A DNA stretch of 64,000 nucleotides from Cellvibrionales bacterium. GTDB taxonomy: Bacteria; Pseudomonadota; Gammaproteobacteria; Pseudomonadales; GM7GCV1. The notes under the pieces are model-generated. The model saw nothing but the letters and a program-made list of their open reading frames with translations, made no database searches and was not told the origin of the DNA. Positions 42,183 through 50,958 of the stretch are shown here, piece by piece. The position numbers were made by a program, and so were the translations under genes. The stretch covers positions 97 to 64,096 of the forward strand of contig JACONM010000036.1 in assembly GCA_014323765.1 (NCBI GenBank). Reading direction: 5' to 3'. Numbering within the stretch: the stretch's first letter is position 1; each line of letters begins with the position of its first letter.

Positions 42183-42243
42183 GCCCCCCTAACAAGAGGG
42201 AGAGATCGAAGCCCCCCTGACAAGGGGGGTTTGGGGGGTTGGA
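42181..42243. repeat. REP-like double hairpin element, copy A
   Basis: GCCCCCC-taacaa-GAGGG is followed by GCCCCCC-tgacaa-GGGGGG-tttGGGGGG. Positions 42208-42243 are identical to 45049-45084. Confidence 0.8.
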
Positions 42244-42361
42244 AGTGGGGGGAGTCGGAAGTGGAGAAAGGGGAGCTCGAAGGTTTTCTGATTGGAGTCC
42301 CCCAAAACCTCTATGATAGCCCCAACTCTCAACCCCACCCCAACCCGGAGAACCCAAAAAA

Positions 42362-43549
42362 ATGCGCCACCCACTACCCCTAACCCTAGCCCTACTCCTA
42401 ACCGCCACCCTAACCCAAGCCGACATATCGACCGTAGTCCCCCCAGACCTACCGACCTCCGCCGGCCCAGTCCAAATAGAACCAGCAGTCCGCGACCTAA
42501 AAACCCCCTGGGCCCTAACCTTCCTCCCCGACGGCACCTTCCTAGTCACCGAACGCGGCGGCACCCTCTGGCACTTCGACGGGCGCCTCGACAGCTCGTC
42601 AGTCGATGCCCCAAATGACCTTCTTCAAATCCCGCCACGCCGGTCCCCCGTCGCCGGCATCCCCACAGTAGCCGCCCACGGCCAAGGCGGACTTCTGGAC
42701 ATCCAAGCGGCACAAGACTTCGCCACCACCCGCGACCTCTTCTTCACCTTCGCCAAACCACAAGAAAACGGCGGCGCCGGCACCGCCCTAGCCCGCGCCA
42801 AACTCTCCGCCGACAACACCCAACTAACCGACCTGCGCATACTTTTCGAAATGGCCCCCGGCTCCAGCGGCGGCCGCCACTTCGGCTCCCGCGTACTAGA
42901 AGCCCCCGACGGCTCCCTCTACCTCACCCTCGGCGACCGCGCCGACCGCCCCAGTGCCCAAGACCTCAGCAACCACAACGGCGCAATAATCCGCCTAACT
43001 CGCGACGGCGGCCTGCACCCCGACGCCCCCTTCCGCACCACCCCCGGCGCCCGCCCAGAAATCTGGTCCTACGGCCACCGCAACCCACAAGGTGCCGCCC
43101 TCGACCGCCACGGACGACTCTGGATATCCGAACACGGCGCCCGCGGCGGCGATGAGATCAACCTCATTAAACGCGGCGCCAACTACGGCTGGCCCATCAT
43201 CAGCTACGGCCGCCACTATTCCGGCCGCAAAATCGGCGAAGGCACCGCCAAACCGGGGATGGAACAACCCAACCACTATTGGGACCCCTCCATCGCCCCC
43301 TCCGGCATGCTCATCTACCAAGGCAAAATGTTCCCCGAATGGCAGGGCGACATCTTCATCGGCTCCCTAAAATTCGGCCAGATCGAGCGGCTAGAAGTGA
43401 ACGGCACCCAAGTCACCCCAGCCGAAATCATCAAATCAGCAGTCACCGCCCGCATCCGCGACCTACGCGAAGCCCCAGACGGTGCCATCTGGTTCCTATC
43501 CGAAAGCCGCGGCGCCATCTACCGACTGTCCCGCCCTCCTCCCCCTTAA
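42362..43549 (+). CDS. PQQ-dependent soluble sugar (aldose) dehydrogenase, YliI-like
   Basis: Signal peptide, a beta-propeller pattern, and GHRNPQG and ANYGWP motifs. Confidence 0.88.
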   Translation: MRHPLPLTLALLLTATLTQADISTVVPPDLPTSAGPVQIEPAVRDLKTPWALTFLPDGTFLVTERGGTLWHFDGRLDSSSVDAPNDLLQIPPRRSPVAGIPTVAAHGQGGLLDIQAAQDFATTRDLFFTFAKPQENGGAGTALARAKLSADNTQLTDLRILFEMAPGSSGGRHFGSRVLEAPDGSLYLTLGDRADRPSAQDLSNHNGAIIRLTRDGGLHPDAPFRTTPGARPEIWSYGHRNPQGAALDRHGRLWISEHGARGGDEINLIKRGANYGWPIISYGRHYSGRKIGEGTAKPGMEQPNHYWDPSIAPSGMLIYQGKMFPEWQGDIFIGSLKFGQIERLEVNGTQVTPAEIIKSAVTARIRDLREAPDGAIWFLSESRGAIYRLSRPPPP

Positions 43550-43638
43550 AAAAACTCAAAAATCCGCTTGACCCCCCCCCCCGACGGCGTATTGTCCCCC
43601 CACTGCTCGCCCATCGAGCCATCACAGAGGACACAATC

Positions 43639-45021
43639 ATGTCTAAATCAATCCTACACTGGCTACCCGCCACTCTCTGCCTAACCCTCAGCCTAGCCCT
43701 CACCCCGGTCGCCCTAGCAAAGCGCGCGGACGGCGGCCCCATGGAAGGCACTGATACTGCCGACACCCTCAATGGCACCACAAACAACGATCTCATAAAC
43801 GGTCGTGGCGGTGACGACACCATTAGCGGCGGCAAGGGCCAAGACCGCCTCCGCGGCAATCGGGGCAACGACACCCTGCGCGGTGATAGGGCCAAAGATA
43901 AACTCCGCGGCGGGCCGGGCGACGACATGTTGTACGGTGGTGCTCAAAACGATTTCCTCTGGGGCGGTGCCGGCGACGACACCCTGCGCGGCGGCACGCA
44001 CAACGATGCCTTGTACGGTGGCACCGGCGACGACCGCCTAGTCGGCGGCCCCGGCCACGACCGCCTGTTCGGCGATGAAGACGACGACATCCTTAAGGGC
44101 TGGCGAGGCAACGACCGCCTAATGGGTGGCTCCGGCGACGACCGCCTGAAGGGCGGCAAGGGCGACGACATTCTCAACGGCGGCGAAGACAAAGACACCT
44201 TAGTCGGTGACGAGGGCAATGACCAATTTCACCTGCTCGACCCAGAAGCGAATGCCGCCGATGCCGACCGCGTCAACGACTTTAGACCTGCCGACGATGT
44301 CCTAGTCCTCCCCGATGGTGTCACCGAAGTCAGCTACTTCCAAACCCGCCCCGCAAGGAAAAGAACCCGCAGCACCATCCTCCAAAGTGCCGATGGCAGC
44401 CAGACCTACGCCGCCCTCCGCGGCCACCACGACCTAGCCAACACCGCCACCGTCCGTGCGGAAGCGATCCAAGACTCATCTGAGAACAACATCACCACCC
44501 GAACCCTCCGCCAACCCACGCTCACCCTAACCCGCGTCGAAGGCAGCGGCAATGAATCTCGCACCGTCACCGCCGACGACGACGGCAACAACAACGCCGC
44601 CACAGTGGACGAAGCCGCCGCCGGTTCCAACCAAACCAACCTATTCCTCACCAGCAGCACCCGCCCGGCCACGCCAGCCATCTTCCGCGCCTTCTTCAGC
44701 GGCGAAGGCGTAACCTTCGTCGCCGGCACCCCCACCGACGACAACTGGGGCGGTGCCGCCATCAATCCCGACGATTTGTCAGCAACCGCCCTAACCGTAG
44801 ACAAAGACAACGCCTACGTCGACTTCACAATTCCCTCTGACAGCGACTGCAACCCCTGCCAACTGCTACGCATCATTGCCCCGACCGAAACCGGCGTACA
44901 CCAAGATGCCGACGACGATGATGAAGCCATCAGAATCGCAATCCGCCCCCGCAACGACGCCGCCCGCAACTATGACCGAAACCCGAATCGCTACACCATC
45001 ACCTTCGACGACGACGAATAA
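43639..45021 (+). CDS. Secreted calcium-binding RTX-repeat protein
   Basis: Sec-type signal peptide MSKSILHWLPATLCLTLSLALTPVALA, then about 14 GGxGxDxL nonapeptide repeats. The ORF-finder N-terminal extension to 43279 was rejected. Confidence 0.85.
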   Translation: MSKSILHWLPATLCLTLSLALTPVALAKRADGGPMEGTDTADTLNGTTNNDLINGRGGDDTISGGKGQDRLRGNRGNDTLRGDRAKDKLRGGPGDDMLYGGAQNDFLWGGAGDDTLRGGTHNDALYGGTGDDRLVGGPGHDRLFGDEDDDILKGWRGNDRLMGGSGDDRLKGGKGDDILNGGEDKDTLVGDEGNDQFHLLDPEANAADADRVNDFRPADDVLVLPDGVTEVSYFQTRPARKRTRSTILQSADGSQTYAALRGHHDLANTATVRAEAIQDSSENNITTRTLRQPTLTLTRVEGSGNESRTVTADDDGNNNAATVDEAAAGSNQTNLFLTSSTRPATPAIFRAFFSGEGVTFVAGTPTDDNWGGAAINPDDLSATALTVDKDNAYVDFTIPSDSDCNPCQLLRIIAPTETGVHQDADDDDEAIRIAIRPRNDAARNYDRNPNRYTITFDDDE

Positions 45022-45023
45022 AA

Positions 45024-45084
45024 AAGCCCCCCCCGACAAGGGGGTTCTGAAGCCCCCCTGACAAGGGGGGTTTGGGGGGTTGGA
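45024..45084. repeat. REP-like double hairpin element, copy B
   Basis: GCCCCCCC-cgacaa-GGGGG is followed by GCCCCCC-tgacaa-GGGGGG-tttGGGGGG. Shares a 36-bp identity with copy A. Confidence 0.8.
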
Positions 45085-45177
45085 TATGGAAAAGAGGCTT
45101 GAGGGCTCCCAGCACAGCGAAGGTTTGCCCGCAACACAAAAGCCTACGGGCGTTTTTTTGCGGGGCGTTTGTGGTGG

Positions 45178-45600
45178 CTATTTGACCACCCGTAGGGTTG
45201 GGCGGCGGGGTTTTGTGGGCTTGGTTGCGCTGCCCGGGGCGGGTTTGGAATCGACGGGTTTGGGGGGCGGCGGGGTTGGGTCGGGCTGGTTTTCTTCTCC
45301 GGCGAACATCATGCCGCGGCCGTTTTCTTTGGCGTAGATGCCGAGCACCGCCTCCAGCGGCACGCTAATATCTGTGGGGATGCCGCGAAAGCGGGCACTG
45401 AAGCACAGCCAATCGTTGCCCAGTGACAGGTCGGCGACCGCATCGGGCGCAATGTTCAGGATGATTTGCCCGTCCGTGACGTAATCTTGAGGCACACGCA
45501 CTTCCGGGTGCAGGGCGTTGACCAAAATGTGCGGGGTGGCGCGGTTGTCGAGAATCCACTCGTGGACGGCGCGCAACAGATAGGGGCGGCTTGGAGTCAT
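45178..45600 (-). CDS. sspB: ClpXP adaptor stringent starvation protein B
   Basis: MTPSRPYLLRAVHEWILDN... and a C-terminal ...RPTLRVVK ClpX-binding tail. Confidence 0.93.
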   Translation of the reverse strand: MTPSRPYLLRAVHEWILDNRATPHILVNALHPEVRVPQDYVTDGQIILNIAPDAVADLSLGNDWLCFSARFRGIPTDISVPLEAVLGIYAKENGRGMMFAGEENQPDPTPPPPKPVDSKPAPGSATKPTKPRRPTLRVVK

Positions 45601-45650
45601 GGGGTTCACTTGCGCGGCTGCCAACAATCCGGCTTAAGGCGCAACCCGCC

Positions 45651-46274
45651 CTAACCCGCCGCCATCTCTTGCTCGCAGAGCGACAGGCTGCGCTGGAAGG
45701 ACTCGCGCTGGACCAGCCTTTTCATGTAGGCGATCAGCACCTTGCCCTGGCGGGTTTTGGGCAGCTTCAGCCCCATCCGCTTATGGCGCCAGAGGATGGC
45801 GGCTAGACAGCAGTCGACTAGAGTCAACTCGGTGCTCAGAAAATAGTCCTGCTCGGCAAAAACCTGCGCGAGGCTGAGCAGGTTTTCGGTCATCGCCTTG
45901 GCATCGTCGCCGCTGTCCTGCCCCTGCATCAGACGATCGATCAACGGCCCCCAATCGCGCTCGATGCGCTGCATCCACAGTCGCGCTTGGGCGCGCACCA
46001 CCGGGTAGACCGGCAACAGCGGCGGGTGGGGGAAGCGCTCATCGAGGTATTCCATCACCACCCGCGAGTCGTACAGCACCAGATCCTGGTCGAGCAACGT
46101 GGGCAGCGAGCCATTAGGGTTGACCTCGGCCAGCTCGGCGGGCACCGTTTGCGGTGTGTATTCTTCCACCGTGCAGGTAACGCCCTTTTCCGCCAGCACT
46201 ATGCGCACCCAGTGCGAATAATGGCAGCAGGGGTCGGAGAACAGCGTAAGTTGGGCGCGGTTCAGCGGTTTCAT
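45651..46274 (-). CDS. sspA: Stringent starvation protein A (GST-like)
   Basis: 207 aa GST fold, directly upstream of sspB. Confidence 0.93.
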   Translation of the reverse strand: MKPLNRAQLTLFSDPCCHYSHWVRIVLAEKGVTCTVEEYTPQTVPAELAEVNPNGSLPTLLDQDLVLYDSRVVMEYLDERFPHPPLLPVYPVVRAQARLWMQRIERDWGPLIDRLMQGQDSGDDAKAMTENLLSLAQVFAEQDYFLSTELTLVDCCLAAILWRHKRMGLKLPKTRQGKVLIAYMKRLVQRESFQRSLSLCEQEMAAG

Positions 46275-46325
46275 GGCAACCGATTCAAGGTAGAGGGCGG
46301 GGGCGGAGTAGCGTAGCGGCGGGAA

Positions 46326-48365
46326 TCAGTGAATATCGCGCCAGTACTCGCGGTTGAGCAGCCATGCGAATACAAAAAAGATACCCAGAAAAATCAGCAC
46401 CCCGGTGCCAATCTGCACCCGCTGTTCGGCGTAAGGCTCGCCCATGTAGACCAGAAAATTGGTCAGATCGTAGGCGGCTTGGTCGAACTCGGCCGGCGAC
46501 AATGCGCCCGCATCGGCGGGCAGGATTTGCAATTCGCAATGGTCGCCCTGGTCGCCATGCCCCGCCCCCGCCACACTGGAGACATCGGACGCACAGGTCG
46601 GCAGCCCTTGCAGGTCGAGCAGCGCATGCGGCATGCCGACATCTTTGAAGACCAGATTATTGACCCCAAGCGGGCGCGCATCATCGGCGTAAAAACTGCG
46701 CAAATAGGTATAGACCCATTCGGGTTTGCGAGCGCGGGCGACCAGCGTCAGGTCCGGCGGCGCGACCCCGAAAGCGGCTTTGGCACTGTCTTCCGGGTAG
46801 GCGATGGTCATCAGATCGCCGATTTTTTGCTCGGTGAACACCAGGTTTTCCAGCGCGATCTGGTGCGGAATGCCAAGGTCATCCGCCACCCGCTCGAAAC
46901 GGGCGTACTTGGTGGAATGGCAGCCGTAGCAATAATTCATATACCACTTGGCTCCGCGCTGTAGCGATGCCTTGTCGCCGATGTCCGCCTTGAATTTTGC
47001 ACAGGGAATCTGCCCGCAATCGTATTTGCCCTCGGCTCCGACCACCTGAATCGGAATAAAGGTCAGCAGTAAGACCACCGCCAGCCCTTTGCAGAAAGGC
47101 CAAAGTCCCAAGCCGCCCGCCGTGGTGACGCGCTGCGGTGGGGTTTTGTATTTATCGAGTTTCGACCAGAAGGGCATCCCCAAAAAGAACACAAAATAAA
47201 ACAGGGTGGCGATTTGCGCCAGCAGGGTGCGCGCCGGGGTCGGTGCCTTGACCCCCAAAATCCCCAAAATAATAAAAGAGGCGGCGAACAGCAGGATCAT
47301 GGTGTGCCAAATATTGCCTTTGTAGCGAATAGAGCGCACCGGGCTTTTATCCAGCCAGGGCAGTACAAACAGGATGGCGATGGCCGCCGCCATGACGATA
47401 AAGCCGCCGAGCTTGGAACTGATGGGGCCGACATCAAAGGTCACCGCCCGCAACATGGAATAAAAAGGCGTGAAATACCAGACCGGGGCGATGTGTTCTG
47501 GCGTTTTTAGCGGGTTGGCTTCCTCAAAATTGGCGTATTCCAGAAAATAGCCGCCCATCTCAGGGGCGAAAAACATGATGGCGCAAAACACAAACAGGAA
47601 CACGATGATGGGCAGCAGATCGTGAACCGGCAGGTAATAGGGGAAGAAGGGCACCCCATCGAGCGGCACCCCGCGCTCGTCCTTAGTGGCTTTGATTTCC
47701 ACCCCATCGGGGTTGTTGGAGCCGACCTCGTGCAACGCCAGAATGTGTAACACCACCAGGGCCAGCAGAATGATCGGCAGGGCGACCACATGCAGCGACA
47801 TAAAGCGGTTCAGGGTGATACCGGAAATCAAATAATCGCCGCGAATCCATTCGACAATCCCCTCGCCCCAGAACGGAATAGCCCCGAACAGCGAGATGAT
47901 CACCTGCGCACCCCAGTAGGACATTTGCCCCCAAGGCAACACATAGCCCAAAAACGCCTCGGCCATGAGCACCACATAGATGGTCATGCCGAAGATCCAT
48001 ACTAGCTCCCGCGGCGCACGGTAGGAGCCGTAAATCAGCCCGCGGAACATGTGCATGTAGACCACAAAAAAGAACGCCGAGGCACCGGTGGAGTGCATGT
48101 AGCGGATCAGCCAGCCCATCTCCACATCGCGCATGATGTATTCGACCGAGGCAAAGGCGCGCTCGGCGGAAGCCTCGTAGCTCATCAGCAGCCAGATGCC
48201 AGTGCCCAGCTGAATCACCAGCACCAGCAGCGAGAGCACCCCGAAGAAATACCAGAAGTTGAAGTTTTTCGGCGCATAGTACTCCGCCATGTGGTACTTC
48301 CACTGGTGCTTTAGGCCCGGCATGCGGGCATCGAACCAGCCCCAGAGGGATTTGAGCGCATTCAT
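46326..48365 (-). CDS. Fused cytochrome b / cytochrome c1 of the bc1 complex
   Basis: One uninterrupted 679-aa ORF. The N-terminal ~410 aa are cytochrome b. A signal-anchor-like segment follows, then c1 with the CYGCHS haem site and a C-terminal TM anchor. Confidence 0.9.
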   Translation of the reverse strand: MNALKSLWGWFDARMPGLKHQWKYHMAEYYAPKNFNFWYFFGVLSLLVLVIQLGTGIWLLMSYEASAERAFASVEYIMRDVEMGWLIRYMHSTGASAFFFVVYMHMFRGLIYGSYRAPRELVWIFGMTIYVVLMAEAFLGYVLPWGQMSYWGAQVIISLFGAIPFWGEGIVEWIRGDYLISGITLNRFMSLHVVALPIILLALVVLHILALHEVGSNNPDGVEIKATKDERGVPLDGVPFFPYYLPVHDLLPIIVFLFVFCAIMFFAPEMGGYFLEYANFEEANPLKTPEHIAPVWYFTPFYSMLRAVTFDVGPISSKLGGFIVMAAAIAILFVLPWLDKSPVRSIRYKGNIWHTMILLFAASFIILGILGVKAPTPARTLLAQIATLFYFVFFLGMPFWSKLDKYKTPPQRVTTAGGLGLWPFCKGLAVVLLLTFIPIQVVGAEGKYDCGQIPCAKFKADIGDKASLQRGAKWYMNYCYGCHSTKYARFERVADDLGIPHQIALENLVFTEQKIGDLMTIAYPEDSAKAAFGVAPPDLTLVARARKPEWVYTYLRSFYADDARPLGVNNLVFKDVGMPHALLDLQGLPTCASDVSSVAGAGHGDQGDHCELQILPADAGALSPAEFDQAAYDLTNFLVYMGEPYAEQRVQIGTGVLIFLGIFFVFAWLLNREYWRDIH

Positions 48366-48967
48366 TAGGCGGTCTCCTGATCTTCGCCGATGACAATCAG
48401 GGTATCGGATACGAAACGGTAGGGCGGCACCTCCAAGTTGGACGGTGCGGGGACGCTTTTATAGACCCGCCCGGACAGGTCGAATTTGGAGCCATGGCAA
48501 GGGCAGAAAAAACCGCCGAGCCATTCGGCACCGCCCAGATCCCGGGCACCGACATCCGGGCGATATTTGGGGGCGCAACCCAGATGGGTGCAAAGGCCGA
48601 CTGTGACCAGAAATTCTTCGTGCCCGGCAATGGCGCGGGCATCGCCGCCCACGTAGGCCGGGCGGATGTCGTCTTTCGAGTCCGGATCGGCGACTAGGGC
48701 GCGCATGCGGGTGGCGAGCTGCTCTAGGGCTTCCGGCGTGCGGCGGACGATGTAGACCGGCTTGCCGCGCCATTCGACGGTAATCATTTGGCCGGGTTCA
48801 ATTTTGCCGATGTTGGCCTGCACTGGGGCCCCAGCGGCGCGGGCTTTGGCACTCGGCACCCAAGATTTGACGAAGGGCACCGCCGCCCCGGCCACGCCGA
48901 GTGCGCCCACCACACTGGTGGCACCAGTCAAAAATTTGCGGCGCCCGCGGTTCACAGTATCAGCCAT
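48365..48967 (-). CDS. petA: Ubiquinol-cytochrome c reductase Rieske iron-sulfur subunit
   Basis: CTHLGC and CPCHGS boxes and a Tat-like RRKFL N-terminus. TAATG overlap with the downstream gene. Confidence 0.95.
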   Translation of the reverse strand: MADTVNRGRRKFLTGATSVVGALGVAGAAVPFVKSWVPSAKARAAGAPVQANIGKIEPGQMITVEWRGKPVYIVRRTPEALEQLATRMRALVADPDSKDDIRPAYVGGDARAIAGHEEFLVTVGLCTHLGCAPKYRPDVGARDLGGAEWLGGFFCPCHGSKFDLSGRVYKSVPAPSNLEVPPYRFVSDTLIVIGEDQETA

Positions 48968-49225
48968 TTAGAACTCCGCATGATTTCGGGCACTGTCGTT
49001 GCGACCGGGAAAGGAGGTAGATGGCGGCGCAATATGGAGCGGTTGGAAAATATCACAGTGACGAGACAGGCTAGGGCTAGACAGGGCGGCGGCAAGCAAA
49101 GCGGGTGCCATTCTAGTGAAGGGCACCTAGATAAGCAAGCCGCCGTTCGCGTTGGCGGCATGTTATGTGCCTCATGACTAATCTAGCGGGTCGCATTTCG
49201 CCCCCCGTGGGTGGGTTGATAAAAA

Positions 49226-49855
49226 TTAGGGCTCCCTGCAAATAGCCGTCGCCTGCGACACGGCTGCGCGGGAGCCTGCTAAGTTGAACTCAAAATAAGC
49301 GTTGCCTCCACTGTCGTCAGGCACTTCAATGAGTGCGGTGTTACCCATTAAGAATGCATTCGTAAGCTCTGGACTGATGTAGCGCAGGTGAGCAATTCCA
49401 AAGTTGTATCTGCCCGCCCATCTAGTAGAGAACAGCTTCTCGTCCACTTTGGTGCGCAACTCAAAAAATACTAACTCCCCATATCTACCCTCCCCATCTG
49501 TCACATCCGTATCAAAGCGCATACCGGACAACGTTAGGCCAAACCTTGGTTTATCCTCGCCTGTATCGCAAATCGCAGACAGTTTTGCTGAAGCCTTGCC
49601 AAACCGCCCAGCAGTCGGGTCAGCCGCTGTGGGTGAATACGCAAGTGCGCCCGTCACCTCGCCCGTCATGCGGTCTTTAGAGGTATGCACCTGCCAGCGA
49701 TCGCCCGATTCCTGCGAGCTGGCCTCGGCTCGCGCAGGGGTTATGGATACGATGATAAACAGCCAAATCGCCACAAATGCTATTGGGGCGGCGGTTGTGC
49801 CTGCTGCGATGGCAAGTGCGCCTGGTAGGAAAGCGCGGGTTTGGTGCTGTTTCAT
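49226..49855 (-). CDS. Hypothetical exported/anchored protein (orphan)
   Basis: 209-aa ORF with an N-terminal hydrophobic region, visibly lower GC than its neighbours. I recognise no family. Confidence 0.5.
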   Translation of the reverse strand: MKQHQTRAFLPGALAIAAGTTAAPIAFVAIWLFIIVSITPARAEASSQESGDRWQVHTSKDRMTGEVTGALAYSPTAADPTAGRFGKASAKLSAICDTGEDKPRFGLTLSGMRFDTDVTDGEGRYGELVFFELRTKVDEKLFSTRWAGRYNFGIAHLRYISPELTNAFLMGNTALIEVPDDSGGNAYFEFNLAGSRAAVSQATAICREP

Positions 49856-50028
49856 GTTGCGCCTCCGGGGGTAGGCTGGGTTAGCTGCTCAATAGAATCG
49901 GCGGATTTCAGCTTCGACAGACCTTGCATTGATGAAACGCTCGATGAGGGGTTGCTCGGTATCCTAAAAGTCTGCCGAGTGCGGGATGGAGTCGACTTGG
50001 TTTGGTCGCCACGCGGCCCGCTGGGGAC

Positions 50029-50418
50029 CTAGCGTTTGGAGTATTGCGGGCGTTTGCGGGCTTTGTGCAGGCCGACTTTTTTGCGCTCAACCTCGCGGGC
50101 ATCGCGGGTGACGAAGCCGGCCTCGCGCAGCGGGCGACGTAACCCCTCATCCTGCTTTAACAGGGCGCGGGTGATGCCGTGGCGCAGGGCCCCGGCCTGC
50201 CCGAAGCTGCCGCCGCCTTTGACGGTGGCGCGGATGTCGAAGCGGTCGGTGGCTTCCGCCACTTCTAACGCCTGGCGGACGATCATGCGGGCGACTTCGC
50301 GGCCAAAATAGGCATCGAGGGGGCGGCCATTGATCTCGATTTGCCCGGAGCCGGGGCGTAGAAACACCCGTGCGGTGGCGGTTTTGCGGCGCCCGGTGCC
50401 GTAGTGGATCGCGTTCAT
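50029..50418 (-). CDS. rpsI: 30S ribosomal protein S9
   Basis: 129 aa ending ...[11 protein letters not shown]. Confidence 0.97.
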   Translation of the reverse strand: MNAIHYGTGRRKTATARVFLRPGSGQIEINGRPLDAYFGREVARMIVRQALEVAEATDRFDIRATVKGGGSFGQAGALRHGITRALLKQDEGLRRPLREAGFVTRDAREVERKKVGLHKARKRPQYSKR

Positions 50419-50430
50419 CGTTTTTAGCCC

Positions 50431-50859
50431 TTAGAGTGGTAGCGGTTGCGGTTGCTGGGCCGCGTGGGGGTGCTCGCTGTCCGCGTAGATTTTCAGCTTG
50501 CGCAGCATGGCCCGACCGAGCGGACCGCGTGGCAGCATGCCCTTCACGGCTAGGCGCAGGGGGCGGTCGGGGTGCTCGGCGAGCATTTTGGCGAAGTGGG
50601 TGGATTTTAGTCCGCCGGGGTAGCCGCTGTGCCGGTAGTAGGTTTTCTTGGTTGCCTTGGCACCGGTGACCTGTACCTGGCCGGCATTGACCACTACGAT
50701 GTAGTCGCCGGTGTCGACATGCGGGGTGTATTCGGGTTTGTGTTTGCCGCGCAGGCGGCTGGCGATCTGCGCCGCTAGGCGGCCTAGAGTTTGGCCGGCT
50801 GCATCGACGACAAACCAGTCGCGCTTGACGGTAGCCGGGTTGGCGCTGAAGGTTTTCAT
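50431..50859 (-). CDS. rplM: 50S ribosomal protein L13
   Basis: 142 aa from [20 protein letters not shown]. Confidence 0.97.
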   Translation of the reverse strand: MKTFSANPATVKRDWFVVDAAGQTLGRLAAQIASRLRGKHKPEYTPHVDTGDYIVVVNAGQVQVTGAKATKKTYYRHSGYPGGLKSTHFAKMLAEHPDRPLRLAVKGMLPRGPLGRAMLRKLKIYADSEHPHAAQQPQPLPL

Positions 50860-50958
50860 TTTGTCCTGTGGCGAGCTTGGTGGAAACGGGGGCCGCGAGA
50901 GGGACGCGATTCTAAAAGTCTTTGCGGGGGAAAGCAAGCATGGGGACGCTCTGAAAAT

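Noticed and set aside
43279-43638. N-terminal 120-aa extension of the RTX ORF
   Set aside because: The extension overlaps the 3' end of the dehydrogenase gene and reads as Pro/Arg/His-rich junk. A canonical signal peptide starts at the ATG at 43639.
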